DNA of 64,000 nucleotides, from the NCBI GenBank assembly GCA_002070455.1, contig MWDG01000010.1, positions 4 to 64,003 of the forward strand, read 5' to 3'. Position 1 is the stretch's first letter, and each line of letters opens with the position of its first letter. Position numbers and translations under genes: made by a program. The notes under the pieces are model-generated. The model made no database searches. It was not told the origin of the DNA and worked only from the letters and a program-made list of their open reading frames with translations. The stretch is from Deltaproteobacteria bacterium ADurb.Bin151 (GTDB taxonomy: Bacteria; Desulfobacterota; Syntrophia; Syntrophales; Smithellaceae). Positions 28,298-37,523 of the stretch are shown piece after piece.

Positions 28298-29056
28298 TCA
28301 TCCAAACCTGCCCGTTATATAGTCCTCCGTCTGTTTGACTTCGGGTTTCGTGAAAATTTTCTCTGTTTTATTGTATTCAATCAGATTCCCCAGATAAAAG
28401 AAAGCCGTTTCATCCGATACACGGGCGGCCTGCTGCATATTGTGCGTCACAATGATGATGGTGTAATTATCTTTCAGCTCCTCAATCAATTCCTCGATTT
28501 TCGCAGTGGATATAGGATCCAGCGCCGAGGTCGGTTCGTCCATTAAAAGGATATCCGGCTTCATCGCCAGCGCGCGAGCGATACAGAGCCTCTGCTGCTG
28601 GCCCCCGGAGAGATTCATTGCGGATTTGTTCAGAATATCCTTCACCTCGTCCCAGAGCACCGCCTGCTTCAAACTCTGCTCCACCAGGGCGTCCATATCC
28701 CTGCTGGAAACACCGTTCAGGTTGGGGCCATAAGAGATATTGTTATATATGGTTTTAGGAAAAGGATTTGGTTTTTGAAAGACCATGCCGATTTTGCGGC
28801 GGATTTCTACCGGATCCACATCCGGCGCATAGATATTTTTATCTTCAAAAAGAATCTCTCCTTCAACTTTTGTCCCGTCGATCAGATCGTTCATCCGGTT
28901 TAAAAGCCGCAGAAGCGTGGATTTTCCGCACCCCGACGGCCCGATAAGCGCCGTAACTTTGTTTTTTCTGAACTTCATTGAAATGTCCGTCAAGGCACGC
29001 ACGGTACCGTAATAGAAGTTTACCCCCCTGATGGAAATAATTGTATTTGACTCCAT
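28298..29056 (-). CDS. pstB: Phosphate ABC transporter ATP-binding protein PstB
   Basis: Walker [10 protein letters not shown], signature LSGGQQQR and Walker [16 protein letters not shown] at 29056 lies 5 nt after GGGTGG; the track's alternative GTG is at 29065. Confidence 0.95.
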   Translation of the reverse strand: MESNTIISIRGVNFYYGTVRALTDISMKFRKNKVTALIGPSGCGKSTLLRLLNRMNDLIDGTKVEGEILFEDKNIYAPDVDPVEIRRKIGMVFQKPNPFPKTIYNNISYGPNLNGVSSRDMDALVEQSLKQAVLWDEVKDILNKSAMNLSGGQQQRLCIARALAMKPDILLMDEPTSALDPISTAKIEELIEELKDNYTIIIVTHNMQQAARVSDETAFFYLGNLIEYNKTEKIFTKPEVKQTEDYITGRFG

Positions 29057-29058
29057 AG

Positions 29059-29937
29059 CTACCACCCTTTATTTCGTCTCATGTAACCTCGAATGACAAT
29101 CGCGATCAAATCAATCCCCAAAACCACTGCCACCAGAACCAGTACGGTACCAAACTGGATCGGACGGGTGGCTTCGATGTTGGTTCCCGCCGTCGCCAGA
29201 ACGTAAATGTGATACGGCAGGGCCATAACTTCGTCAAAGATCGATCCCGGAAGCTTGGCCGTGAAATATGCAGCAGCCGTAAACATGATTGGCGCCGTTT
29301 CGCCCGCGGCGCGTCCGATGCCCAGAATGGATCCGGTCAGGATTCCCGGCAGAGCATTAGGCAGTACAATCCGGTAAATGGTCTGCCATTTGGACACGCC
29401 GAGGGAAAGGGACGCCTCGCGAAAGGTCTGCGGTACGGCTTTGAGTGCTTCTTCCGAAGCACCTATAATCGTTGGTAAAATCAAAAATCCCAGCGTCAGT
29501 GACCCGGACAGGATACTGGAACCAAACTTCATAAAAATTACAAAAAAACCCAATCCGAAAAGCCCGAATACCACCGACGGAACACCGGCAAGACAATTGA
29601 TCCCTACTTTGATTAAACGGATGATCCTTCCCTGCTTTGCATATTCCGTGAGATATATCGCTGAAGCAACCCCCAGAGGAAGCCCGATGGCAATCGCACC
29701 GATGGTCAGATAAATCGTTCCCAGGATGGCGGGCATGATACCGCCTTTAGTCATTGCGTCGGTTGGCGGTCTGGTGATGAATTCCCAGCTGATCGCTGAA
29801 ATACCGTTGACAACGATGTACAAGATGATGCCGCCCAAGGCGAGTGTAATGATTAAGGCCGAAGCACGCACCAGCGTAAAAAAAACGTTTTGTTTAAAAT
29901 ATCGCCAGCTCATGGAGTTATGTTTCAGTTTCTTCAT
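29059..29937 (-). CDS. pstA: Phosphate ABC transporter permease PstA
   Basis: 292 aa, a polytopic permease with an EAA-type loop ([25 protein letters not shown]). Lies between pstC and pstB. Confidence 0.9.
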   Translation of the reverse strand: MKKLKHNSMSWRYFKQNVFFTLVRASALIITLALGGIILYIVVNGISAISWEFITRPPTDAMTKGGIMPAILGTIYLTIGAIAIGLPLGVASAIYLTEYAKQGRIIRLIKVGINCLAGVPSVVFGLFGLGFFVIFMKFGSSILSGSLTLGFLILPTIIGASEEALKAVPQTFREASLSLGVSKWQTIYRIVLPNALPGILTGSILGIGRAAGETAPIMFTAAAYFTAKLPGSIFDEVMALPYHIYVLATAGTNIEATRPIQFGTVLVLVAVVLGIDLIAIVIRGYMRRNKGW

Positions 29938-29947
29938 ATGCCTGCAC

Positions 29948-30835
29948 CTACAGCGTCGCGGAACCGGTCTGACGGAATTTGTGAGATATGTAATCGGCGA
30001 TCAGATTAAACGCCAAGGTCAGACAGAACAAGACCATGCCGATGGCAAAAAGCGCCTGATAGTGGGCGCTGCCATAAGGCGTCTCCCCCATTTCCGCAGC
30101 GATGCTTGCAGGCATCGGCCGGACCGAATCGAACAGGCTCTCCGGAATAGCCGCCGCGCCTCCCGCTACCATCAAAACCACCATGGTCTCGCCGATGGCC
30201 CGCGCCATTCCAAGCATGACGGCCGTAGAAATGCCGGAGAGCGCCGCCGGTACAATCACCTGAACAATCGTCTCAAACTTGGTAGCCCCCAATGCGTAAG
30301 AGGCTTCCTTGAATTCGCGGGGAACGGCATACAGCGCGTCTTCAGAAATACTGGAAATCGTGGGAATCGCCATAATCGCCAGGATGACGGAGGCGTTGAT
30401 GATGTTGAGTCCCGTGGGCAGATCAAAAGTTTCCTGCAGCCAGGGCGCGACAATGACCATGCCGAAAAATCCCAGGACAACGGACGGCAAACCGGCCAGC
30501 AGTTCGATAACGGACTTGAGAATTTCCTTGATGCGTTGCGGCGCGATTTCCGAGATGTAAATGGCAGACATCACACCGAGCGGCACCGCAATGAGGGTGG
30601 CGATCAGTGTCACAATCAGGGAACCGACCATCAAGGGGAAGATTCCGAAGGATGGCGGATCATAAGTGGGATACCATTCCATCCCGAACAAAAAATCTTT
30701 AACGGAAACCGTTTTAAAAAGCGGCAGTCCCTCCCGAAACAGGGAAAACACGATCAACCCCAGCACAATAACGGACACCAGGGCAAAAAGCAGAAAAATA
30801 TATTTGATGATGATTTCCTTGGTCTGTCTGGACAT
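29948..30835 (-). CDS. pstC: Phosphate ABC transporter permease PstC
   Basis: 295 aa, a polytopic permease with an EAA-type loop (EDALYAVPREFKEASYALGATKFET). Confidence 0.9.
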   Translation of the reverse strand: MSRQTKEIIIKYIFLLFALVSVIVLGLIVFSLFREGLPLFKTVSVKDFLFGMEWYPTYDPPSFGIFPLMVGSLIVTLIATLIAVPLGVMSAIYISEIAPQRIKEILKSVIELLAGLPSVVLGFFGMVIVAPWLQETFDLPTGLNIINASVILAIMAIPTISSISEDALYAVPREFKEASYALGATKFETIVQVIVPAALSGISTAVMLGMARAIGETMVVLMVAGGAAAIPESLFDSVRPMPASIAAEMGETPYGSAHYQALFAIGMVLFCLTLAFNLIADYISHKFRQTGSATL

Positions 30836-30898
30836 AACGTATCCCTAAACGTGCAACTGCTTTATAAAGAATAAAAAAGGAGAACGACAATAAAACAA

Positions 30899-31321
30899 TT
30901 AACCGAATTCCTTTTCAATCCAATCCTTGATTTCATCTCGTGTCTGTCTGTATCTGTTCATGGTTTCTTCGTGGTTACCTTTAAATTCTGAAGGATCGGC
31001 GAAACTCCTATGCAGGCGTAAATTTCCTCCCGGAAAATACGGACATGACTCTTTGGCCTGATCGCAAAGTGTAATGACATAGTCCAGGGGGACCTCTTGA
31101 AAAACACTGAACCCCTTTGAATGATGATGACTGACGTCAATATCCATTTCACTCATAACCGTTTTAACCAGAGGATCCATTTGCGTGGGATCGGATCCGG
31201 CGCTATAAGCCGTATACCGATCCCCGTAAATTTCATTTAAAAGTGCTTCCGCGATTTGCGACCGGATTGCATTATGCGTACATACGAATAACACTGTCTT
31301 CTTCGGGGCACACATTTTCAT
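30899..31321 (-). CDS. arsC: Thioredoxin-coupled arsenate reductase family protein (ArsC, LMW-PTP fold)
   Basis: 140 aa with P-loop CTHNAIRS, the Cys pair in ITLCDQAKESCPYFP, and FADP. It is collinear with S. aureus pI258 ArsC (Cys10/82/89) as I recall that sequence. Starts 12 nt after the pstS stop. Confidence 0.75.
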   Translation of the reverse strand: MKMCAPKKTVLFVCTHNAIRSQIAEALLNEIYGDRYTAYSAGSDPTQMDPLVKTVMSEMDIDVSHHHSKGFSVFQEVPLDYVITLCDQAKESCPYFPGGNLRLHRSFADPSEFKGNHEETMNRYRQTRDEIKDWIEKEFG

Positions 31322-31333
31322 TGCAATCCCCCA

Positions 31334-32179
31334 CTATTTCTTTTTGCCCGCTTTCTTCACGTCCCCCAGGGGGACAAATCCTTCCCTGGCAACAATCTTT
31401 TGTCCATCAGCCGATTTGACAAAGGAAATGTATTTAGCGGTCTGCCCCTGGGGTTCACCATTCGTATACATATAGAGCTCACGGGAGAAGGGATACTCCT
31501 TGGACATGGCCGTCTGAATGCTTGCAGTAACACCTTTAACCTGTAAGGGCTTCACGCTCTTGTTGACATACCCGATCCCCAGGTAGGCGATGGCATACCT
31601 GTTTTTAGACACCGCGGTGACCAGCGCGCCGTTGGATGCCAGCATCTGAGCTCTAGGGGTCACCTTGGCTTTCTTCATTACAAAATGGTCCCAGGACTCA
31701 AAGGTGCCGGAAGACGAATCACGAGAAATCACAACGATCTTCAAATCGTCGCCGCCTACTTCCTTCCAGTTGGTGATGTTGCCCTGATAAATCTGGCTTA
31801 ACTGGTCAATTGTCAGATTGGACACTTTGTTTTTGGGATGCACGACGGGAATAATCGCGTCAAAAGCCACAACGTGAGCAACTGGATTGATGCCCTTGGA
31901 TTTCGCCAGCTCAATTTCCTTGTCTTTGATTTCGCGCGATGACGTGGCAATGTCGGTAGTCTTGTCAATCAGCGCCTTGATGCCTTCGCCGGATCCCCCA
32001 CCGGATAGCGACATTTGAACATCTGGATTGGCTTTCATAAATGCCTCCAGTGTGCCCTGCGCCACTGGCAAAACCGTTGTTGATCCTTTGATCACGACAG
32101 AATCGGCTGCAAGAGCAGTCCCCGCCATCAGGCATAACATTACAAGCCCCAGGGCTGATTTCTTAATCACATTGAACAT
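31334..32179 (-). CDS. pstS: Phosphate ABC transporter substrate-binding protein PstS
   Basis: 281 aa with a signal peptide and PBP-type motifs GSTTVLP and SGGGSGEGIK. Strong SD (GAGGAGG). Confidence 0.9.
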   Translation of the reverse strand: MFNVIKKSALGLVMLCLMAGTALAADSVVIKGSTTVLPVAQGTLEAFMKANPDVQMSLSGGGSGEGIKALIDKTTDIATSSREIKDKEIELAKSKGINPVAHVVAFDAIIPVVHPKNKVSNLTIDQLSQIYQGNITNWKEVGGDDLKIVVISRDSSSGTFESWDHFVMKKAKVTPRAQMLASNGALVTAVSKNRYAIAYLGIGYVNKSVKPLQVKGVTASIQTAMSKEYPFSRELYMYTNGEPQGQTAKYISFVKSADGQKIVAREGFVPLGDVKKAGKKK

Positions 32180-32224
32180 ATGTGCCTCCTCATTTTTAAT
32201 TTGAATTCAATATAATATCCGAAT

Positions 32225-32242
32225 GTTACAATTTGATGACAA
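32225..32242 (-). promoter_or_regulatory. Pho box upstream of pstS
   Basis: The - strand reads TTGTCAT-CAAA-TTGTAAC: two 7-nt direct repeats with 11-bp period. TATTAT/TATATT follows 7-10 nt downstream, about 45 nt upstream of the ATG. Confidence 0.5.
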
Positions 32243-32388
32243 CTTCAAGAAAATACAGGAACAGGTTAAATGGATAGAAGGGAACGCCGGGAAAAAACTT
32301 AAAAGGATTATTCTCCTCCTGCTTTCAATGGTCTTCTCAATGGCATTTTGCCCATCAGCCAGAAATCATCATTGTATTGGAAGTGGCA

Positions 32389-33084
32389 TTAAACATCATT
32401 AAATTTATAGCCAAATCCGCGAACCGTGAGAACGTAGCGTGGATTTTCCATGTCTTTCTCGATCTGGCTTCGTAAACGGCGGATGTGAACATCGACAGCG
32501 CGGTCGGTAATGAAGGTATCGTCACCCCAGACATGATCCAAAATTTGATTTCTTGAATAGACCCTCCCGGGATTACGGGTTAAAAAGAAAAGAATTTTCA
32601 GTTCGGTAGGACTCAAATTAATAATTCGTCCCTGAACCCGAACGGTACAGGATTCATAATTGATTCTTAGCCCCTCGTACTCAAACATTTTTTTAGTAGA
32701 TGATTTTTCCCTTTCCTGGACACGGCGAAGAATGGTTCTGACGCGGGCGATAAGTTCTTTGACACTGAAGGGCTTGGTTATATAATCATCCGCGCCGATT
32801 TCCAGCCCGATAATCTTATCCACCTCGTCACTCTTGGCTGTAAGCATGATCAACGGCAGATGTGCGATGTCCGGATTAGCACGAACGCCCTTACAGATAT
32901 CCAACCCGTTCGTACCCGGAAGCATTAAATCCAGAATCATCAGGTCCGGTTTTTGTGCTTTAATGATGGCAAGTACCTTGTCTCCGTGAAATGCCTTAAT
33001 CGTGGAAAAGCCCTCCCTTTCCAGATTATAAGATATCAAGTCAGCGATATCTTTTTCATCATCGACGATCAGAATCTTTGACAT
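32389..33084 (-). CDS. phoB: Phosphate regulon response regulator PhoB-like (OmpR family)
   Basis: 231 aa. The receiver has ILIVDDE, DLMILDLMLPG and LTAK. The winged helix has VDVHIRRLR and LTVRGFGYKF. Lies in the Pho block. Confidence 0.85.
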   Translation of the reverse strand: MSKILIVDDEKDIADLISYNLEREGFSTIKAFHGDKVLAIIKAQKPDLMILDLMLPGTNGLDICKGVRANPDIAHLPLIMLTAKSDEVDKIIGLEIGADDYITKPFSVKELIARVRTILRRVQEREKSSTKKMFEYEGLRINYESCTVRVQGRIINLSPTELKILFFLTRNPGRVYSRNQILDHVWGDDTFITDRAVDVHIRRLRSQIEKDMENPRYVLTVRGFGYKFNDV

Positions 33085-33164
33085 GCACGGAAGCCTGGAA
33101 TGATACCGGGATCACCATCACGGCATCTTGGTTTGTCGTTATATGAAGCAAAGTCTGGCGATAA

Positions 33165-33425
33165 TCAATCAGCCACTATTTTAAATACTTCGTCACCGGG
33201 TCGCACACGATCAGACACTTTGAGCCCTATGGAGTCACCTGCCACGGCTTTCTGAACCGGTTTATTGTCCACTTCCATGGACTGAATCAACTCGGTGAAT
33301 TCTGTCGTATGACCGGAAAATTTGATGCTGTCACCCACCTGCAAATCACCTTCTGTGATGTGAACAGCGGCAACAGAAGGTTTTGCAAAGAATTTGACTA
33401 CTTCGCCAATTTTTTTCTCCGCCAT
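33165..33425 (-). CDS. Stand-alone EF-Tu domain-II-like beta-barrel protein (translation elongation factor-like protein)
   Basis: 86 aa. The pattern G.V..FF.K..VA.V.I..G.L.VGD.I.F....T.F...I.SM......V..A..G...G.KV...VR.GD.V resembles GTP_EFTU_D2. Confidence 0.65.
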   Translation of the reverse strand: MAEKKIGEVVKFFAKPSVAAVHITEGDLQVGDSIKFSGHTTEFTELIQSMEVDNKPVQKAVAGDSIGLKVSDRVRPGDEVFKIVAD

Positions 33426-33617
33426 GATTAATCCTCCATCCGATAATTTGTATGAGCCTTTTCGTTTTTCAGGATGACTTCAACCCGTTTGGGCATTCAA
33501 CAAAGCACTGAAGCCGCGAATGACACTTCGGCATTGTTGAATTTAATACATTTTTTATATTCAAAAAACAACCCCCAAAACGGGCGAATGCTTCCACCTC
33601 GGTATTTCTCGAGACGG

Positions 33618-33650
33618 AAACAAAAATCCCGTGGGAGAATATACCACGGG
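33618..33650 (-). terminator. Rho-independent terminator after the porin gene
   Basis: The - strand RNA reads CCCGTGG-tatattctc-CCACGGG followed by ATTTTTGTTT. Confidence 0.6.
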
Positions 33651-33734
33651 GGTTTTCACTACGTCTATGATACTTATGGCCTATCGCCTCTGGACAATAT
33701 CTTCTAGCATGTGACCCATGACCTATAACCTGAG

Positions 33735-35075
33735 TTAGAATGTCAGTGTCAACTTGTTGATAACCATTAAGTTGTTCTGGATGTCCTGGCCGGTTGCCGT
33801 TGTCCCGCTATACCAGTCCCCGGTGAAAAGGCAACCCGCGCCCAGCATGTAGGACAGGTTGTTGGTGATTTTATAGGATCCGACTAAATCCACTTCCCAG
33901 CCATAGTCCCTGCCTTCCCATGTATAACTATTCGCAGGCTTAAGAGTTTTATCGGCACGTGCATAAGAAACAGAGGCCATAATGTCCAGTTTGTCAATCG
34001 GTCTGAACCCGCCACGAACCTGGAAAAACCAGGCATTCGTCATTGTACCGTTGTCAGTGGTACCATTCCAACCGTTGAGAGGACCAATCCACTTTGCCCG
34101 GTCATAATAATTGAACATAATCAGGCAGGGATTCCAGTCACGCCCGCCATTTATGATCCCGCCTTCTATCCTGTTCGTTTCAGGGTCATCGCCCGACACA
34201 TAGGCAATACTGCCACCCACATAAATCTTTTTGAAATCGGCCGTAACATCAACCCAACCACTTATGCTCTGGACATCTTTATTGTCATGGGTAAGTTTAT
34301 TGTAAACGAATTCGTAATCGTCCCGGCCAAACGCGTAATTGAATTCTCCCTGCAGAGCTACCGGACCGAATTTGGCTATGGCATAAGGGCTCACCAGGAA
34401 ATATCTTCTCGCATAAGGATTGGTTCCAAGAGAACGGTTAGCCGCCTGCCGATAGTAATTGACATTGACCCCTGCATTGCCGTCTTTCCATGAGTAAACA
34501 CCTTCAATACCGTATTTATCATTATCATTATCGGCTACGATTGCCGCATTTGTCGCCGTGAAACTGGCTTCCCTTTCCTTGGTGTAGGCCAAATTGAGTT
34601 TCACCGAACCATAACTATTCGAATACTTGATTCTTCCCTTTGGACTGTAGCTGTTGCCAAAAATAGTTCCCGTCGAACCGTCATTCATATAGCCGGCACT
34701 GAAAATACCGATCGGTGATTTATACTCGATGTATGCCCAGTCAAAGGCGATATTTTCATTTTCCGCAATTGTACCGGTAGAATCTGCAGCCAGCCCCGTG
34801 CCCGTTGCGGTTCTGGCTGCGCCCCAAGCTCTCTCCATCGCGTCAAAACGCGTAATCAGGGTCAAACCGGGTGCCACGATAAAATCCGTCCTGACTCTTA
34901 GTCTCTGGTAATAAAATGCTGTACTCGGACCGTGATCTTTGCGAAGGTCTGTTTTGTCCATGTACATCCCAGCCGCGTAATATTCGCCGCTAAACTTCAA
35001 ATCAACAGCCCCCGCTGTTGTACTGAAGGCTGCAATCAGCCCGAACAGCATCAAAAACACCAAAAGTCTCTTCAT
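33735..35075 (-). CDS. Outer-membrane beta-barrel porin (probably Pho-regulated)
   Basis: 446 aa with a signal peptide (AGA-VD), alternating amphipathic strands, Gly/Tyr/Asn-rich composition and a C-terminal LTLTF. Strong SD (AGGAGGAG). Confidence 0.75.
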   Translation of the reverse strand: MKRLLVFLMLFGLIAAFSTTAGAVDLKFSGEYYAAGMYMDKTDLRKDHGPSTAFYYQRLRVRTDFIVAPGLTLITRFDAMERAWGAARTATGTGLAADSTGTIAENENIAFDWAYIEYKSPIGIFSAGYMNDGSTGTIFGNSYSPKGRIKYSNSYGSVKLNLAYTKEREASFTATNAAIVADNDNDKYGIEGVYSWKDGNAGVNVNYYRQAANRSLGTNPYARRYFLVSPYAIAKFGPVALQGEFNYAFGRDDYEFVYNKLTHDNKDVQSISGWVDVTADFKKIYVGGSIAYVSGDDPETNRIEGGIINGGRDWNPCLIMFNYYDRAKWIGPLNGWNGTTDNGTMTNAWFFQVRGGFRPIDKLDIMASVSYARADKTLKPANSYTWEGRDYGWEVDLVGSYKITNNLSYMLGAGCLFTGDWYSGTTATGQDIQNNLMVINKLTLTF

Positions 35076-35144
35076 CTTCTCCTCCTAAGAATATTTTTGT
35101 GATAAAGATAAGTTATCTCATCTTTATTTTCCTAATTTCCGGAG

Positions 35145-35188
35145 ATTATAGTGAGAGTTTGTGACAAAATGATGACGCCTATATGACG
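35145..35188 (-). promoter_or_regulatory. Triple Pho-box promoter of the porin gene
   Basis: The - strand reads CGTCATA-TAGG-CGTCATC-ATTT-TGTCACA (three repeats, exact 11-bp period). A 9-nt gap then leads to a consensus TATAAT (35145-35150). Confidence 0.55.
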
Positions 35189-35295
35189 TTTATAAAAATT
35201 ATTTATCTTCTTTAAACCAGGCAATCAATGTGATTGAATGCAAATAAAGCGGAGATCGGTATTTCATGCGAGGAATGCTCTTTGTTTTTATCCCC

Positions 35296-35329
35296 AAAAA
35301 AAAGGCAGGGTCTTTGCCCCGCCTTTTTT
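35296..35329 (-). terminator. Rho-independent terminator after rplQ (end of the alpha operon)
   Basis: The - strand RNA reads A-run, GGCGGGG-caaaga-CCCTGCC (one G-U pair), then T8. Confidence 0.65.
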
Positions 35330-35347
35330 GCCGTTCATGATAATGAA

Positions 35348-35761
35348 CTATTCTTCTTTCTTCTCTTTTGCTTTTCTTTTCGGTTTTGCCTTTTCTTTCT
35401 TTTTCTCTTCCGGAATATATTGAAGGATAGAAACGGGAGCGTTGTCGCCGAAGCGGTAGCCGACTTTAACAATGCGTGTGTAACCGCCGGCACGATTGCG
35501 GAATCTTTCGGCCAGCTCACCAAAAAGTTTGGCGACCATTTCTTTATCCCTTACAACGGATAATGCCTGACGGCGCGCATGCAGGTCTCCTCTTTTACCA
35601 AGCGTAATCATCCTGTCTGCCAGCTTACGCACTTCTTTGGCCATTGTATCCGTTGTCCGGATACTTTCATGTTTTATAATCGATGTCACCATATTGCGAA
35701 ACATGGCTTCCCGATGGCTGGACGTTCGTCCTAATTTTCTGCCCGCCTTACCATGATACAT
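35348..35761 (-). CDS. rplQ: 50S ribosomal protein L17
   Basis: [17 protein letters not shown] start and a Lys/Glu-rich C-terminal tail. Follows rpoA. Confidence 0.95.
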   Translation of the reverse strand: MYHGKAGRKLGRTSSHREAMFRNMVTSIIKHESIRTTDTMAKEVRKLADRMITLGKRGDLHARRQALSVVRDKEMVAKLFGELAERFRNRAGGYTRIVKVGYRFGDNAPVSILQYIPEEKKKEKAKPKRKAKEKKEE

Positions 35762-35838
35762 TGCTTATGTTTCCTTTCCTGACTTTCTAATCCTGACCTA
35801 ATGCTGTTTCCTTCGAGTTATATCCAATCGCTTACGGA

Positions 35839-36804
35839 TTAATTATCCATTTTCATGCCGAAGACAAGACCATATTCATTCAGAATGTCTTTGATCTCAG
35901 AGAGAGACTTACGTCCAAAATTCTTTGTTTTCAGCATATCCGCTTCGGTTTTCTGAACCAGTTCACCAATGGTGTTTATGCCGGCATTTTTAAGGCAGTT
36001 GGCAGAACGGACGGAAAGCTCCAGATCTTCAACAGATCTCGACAAAATCTCGTTGACGTTTGCTTTTTCGTCTTCCTTTTCCGGCACAATTTCTTCTTCG
36101 ACTTCTTCAAAATTAATGAAAACATCGAGCTGCTGTTTCAATATTTTGGCTGCATAGGCTATGGCATCGCCCGGGTTCAAACTGCCGTCCGTCCAGACTT
36201 CCATGACAAGCTTGTCATAATCTGTAATCTGACCGACACGGGCGTGCGATACCACATAATTTACCTTTTTAATCGGAGAAAACATTGCGTCAATGTTAAT
36301 CGTTCCTTCAGGCTGGTCCGGTTCAAGTTCTTTTTTGGCAGGAGTGTAGCCTTTCCCCATTTTCACCACCATTTCGGCCTTAAAGGTGCCGCTACCCGAC
36401 ATGGTTGCAATGTAGTGTTCAGGATTCAACACTTCAATCGAACCGTCAGTAATAATGTCTCCGGCGTTAATGACACCGGCGTTAACCACATTGAACCGTA
36501 CGACTTTGGTATCCGCCACCCCCAGTTTAAATCGAACACCCTTCAGATTTAAAATAACATCTGTGATATCTTCCTTGATTCCGGGAATCGTTGAAAATTC
36601 GTGTAGAACACCGTCAATTTTAATGGATGTAATCGCCGCTCCCTGAATGGAAGACAGGAGCACTCTTCTCAACGCGTTGCCCAGTGTGATTCCAAAACCT
36701 CGTTCCAACGGCTGAATTGTAAATTCTCCATACAATCGTGTATGAGTTGCTTCATCAACGTCAACACGTTTGGGACGAATCAAGCTCGACCAGTTTCTCT
36801 GCAT
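35839..36804 (-). CDS. rpoA: DNA-directed RNA polymerase subunit alpha
   Basis: MQRNW...RPKRV start and full-length alpha-subunit features ([14 protein letters not shown], and the C-terminal-domain motif [15 protein letters not shown]). ATG lies 8 nt after AAGGTGG. Confidence 0.95.
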   Translation of the reverse strand: MQRNWSSLIRPKRVDVDEATHTRLYGEFTIQPLERGFGITLGNALRRVLLSSIQGAAITSIKIDGVLHEFSTIPGIKEDITDVILNLKGVRFKLGVADTKVVRFNVVNAGVINAGDIITDGSIEVLNPEHYIATMSGSGTFKAEMVVKMGKGYTPAKKELEPDQPEGTINIDAMFSPIKKVNYVVSHARVGQITDYDKLVMEVWTDGSLNPGDAIAYAAKILKQQLDVFINFEEVEEEIVPEKEDEKANVNEILSRSVEDLELSVRSANCLKNAGINTIGELVQKTEADMLKTKNFGRKSLSEIKDILNEYGLVFGMKMDN

Positions 36805-36848
36805 AATCAAACCCACCTTTTAGCTGGCTTATTAAATATTATATTTGC

Positions 36849-37478
36849 TTATTTCGAATAAAGTTCAACAATGAGCTGTTCTTGTACCGGCATGGTTAGG
36901 TCTTCCCGAACCGGCAACAATTTAATTGTCGCTTTAAAGTTATCTTTATCCAATCCCAGCCAATGTGGAACACCTCGTCTTGCGACGGTTTCCATTGCTT
37001 CAAGCACCCGGTTGATCTTTCGGGAACCCTCTTTAACCGTAATTTCATCACCCGCTTTAAGCAGGTACGAAGGTATGTTTACCGATTTGCCGTTTACCTG
37101 AAAATGACCGTGGCTGACAAGCTGCCTTGCCTCAATTCTGGAATTGGCAAATCCAAGGCGAAACACCATGTTGTCCAGCCTTCGCTCCAGCAGCACCAGC
37201 AGATTGGTACCCGTAATGCCCTTCTGACGGTCGGCTTTTTCAAAGTACCCGTGAAACTGCTTTTCCAGAAGACCATACATTCTTTTGAGTTTCTGCTTTT
37301 CCCGCAACTGGGTGCCATAGTCCGACTGCTGCTTCTTATGAGACTGACCATGATCTCCAGGAGCGTAGCCCCTTCTTTCAAAGGAACATTTTTCCGAATA
37401 ACAACGATCGCCCTTCAAAAAAAGTTTCAAACCTTCCCGGCGACACAATCTGCATGAGGAATCCGTATATCTTGCCAA
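36849..37478 (-). CDS. rpsD: 30S ribosomal protein S4 (Cys4 zinc form)
   Basis: [16 protein letters not shown]...GDRCYSEKC, with an S4 domain at the C-terminus. Confidence 0.95.
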   Translation of the reverse strand: MARYTDSSCRLCRREGLKLFLKGDRCYSEKCSFERRGYAPGDHGQSHKKQQSDYGTQLREKQKLKRMYGLLEKQFHGYFEKADRQKGITGTNLLVLLERRLDNMVFRLGFANSRIEARQLVSHGHFQVNGKSVNIPSYLLKAGDEITVKEGSRKINRVLEAMETVARRGVPHWLGLDKDNFKATIKLLPVREDLTMPVQEQLIVELYSK

Positions 37479-37523
37479 AAAACGCCTCCCTGAATTTTCT
37501 AATGATTCTTAAAATATCTGTTT

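Noticed and set aside
29726-30874. 382-aa + strand ORF, the longest unexplained ORF in the track
   Set aside because: It is entirely antisense to pstA and pstC. Its Arg/Gly/His/Asn/Asp-rich low-complexity composition is what the reverse complement of hydrophobic membrane-protein codons produces. It has no SD, and the - strand genes are unambiguous.
33474-33707. 77-aa + strand ORF in the porin/EF-like spacer
   Set aside because: It spans two hairpin or terminator structures, has no SD, and its composition is not protein-like.
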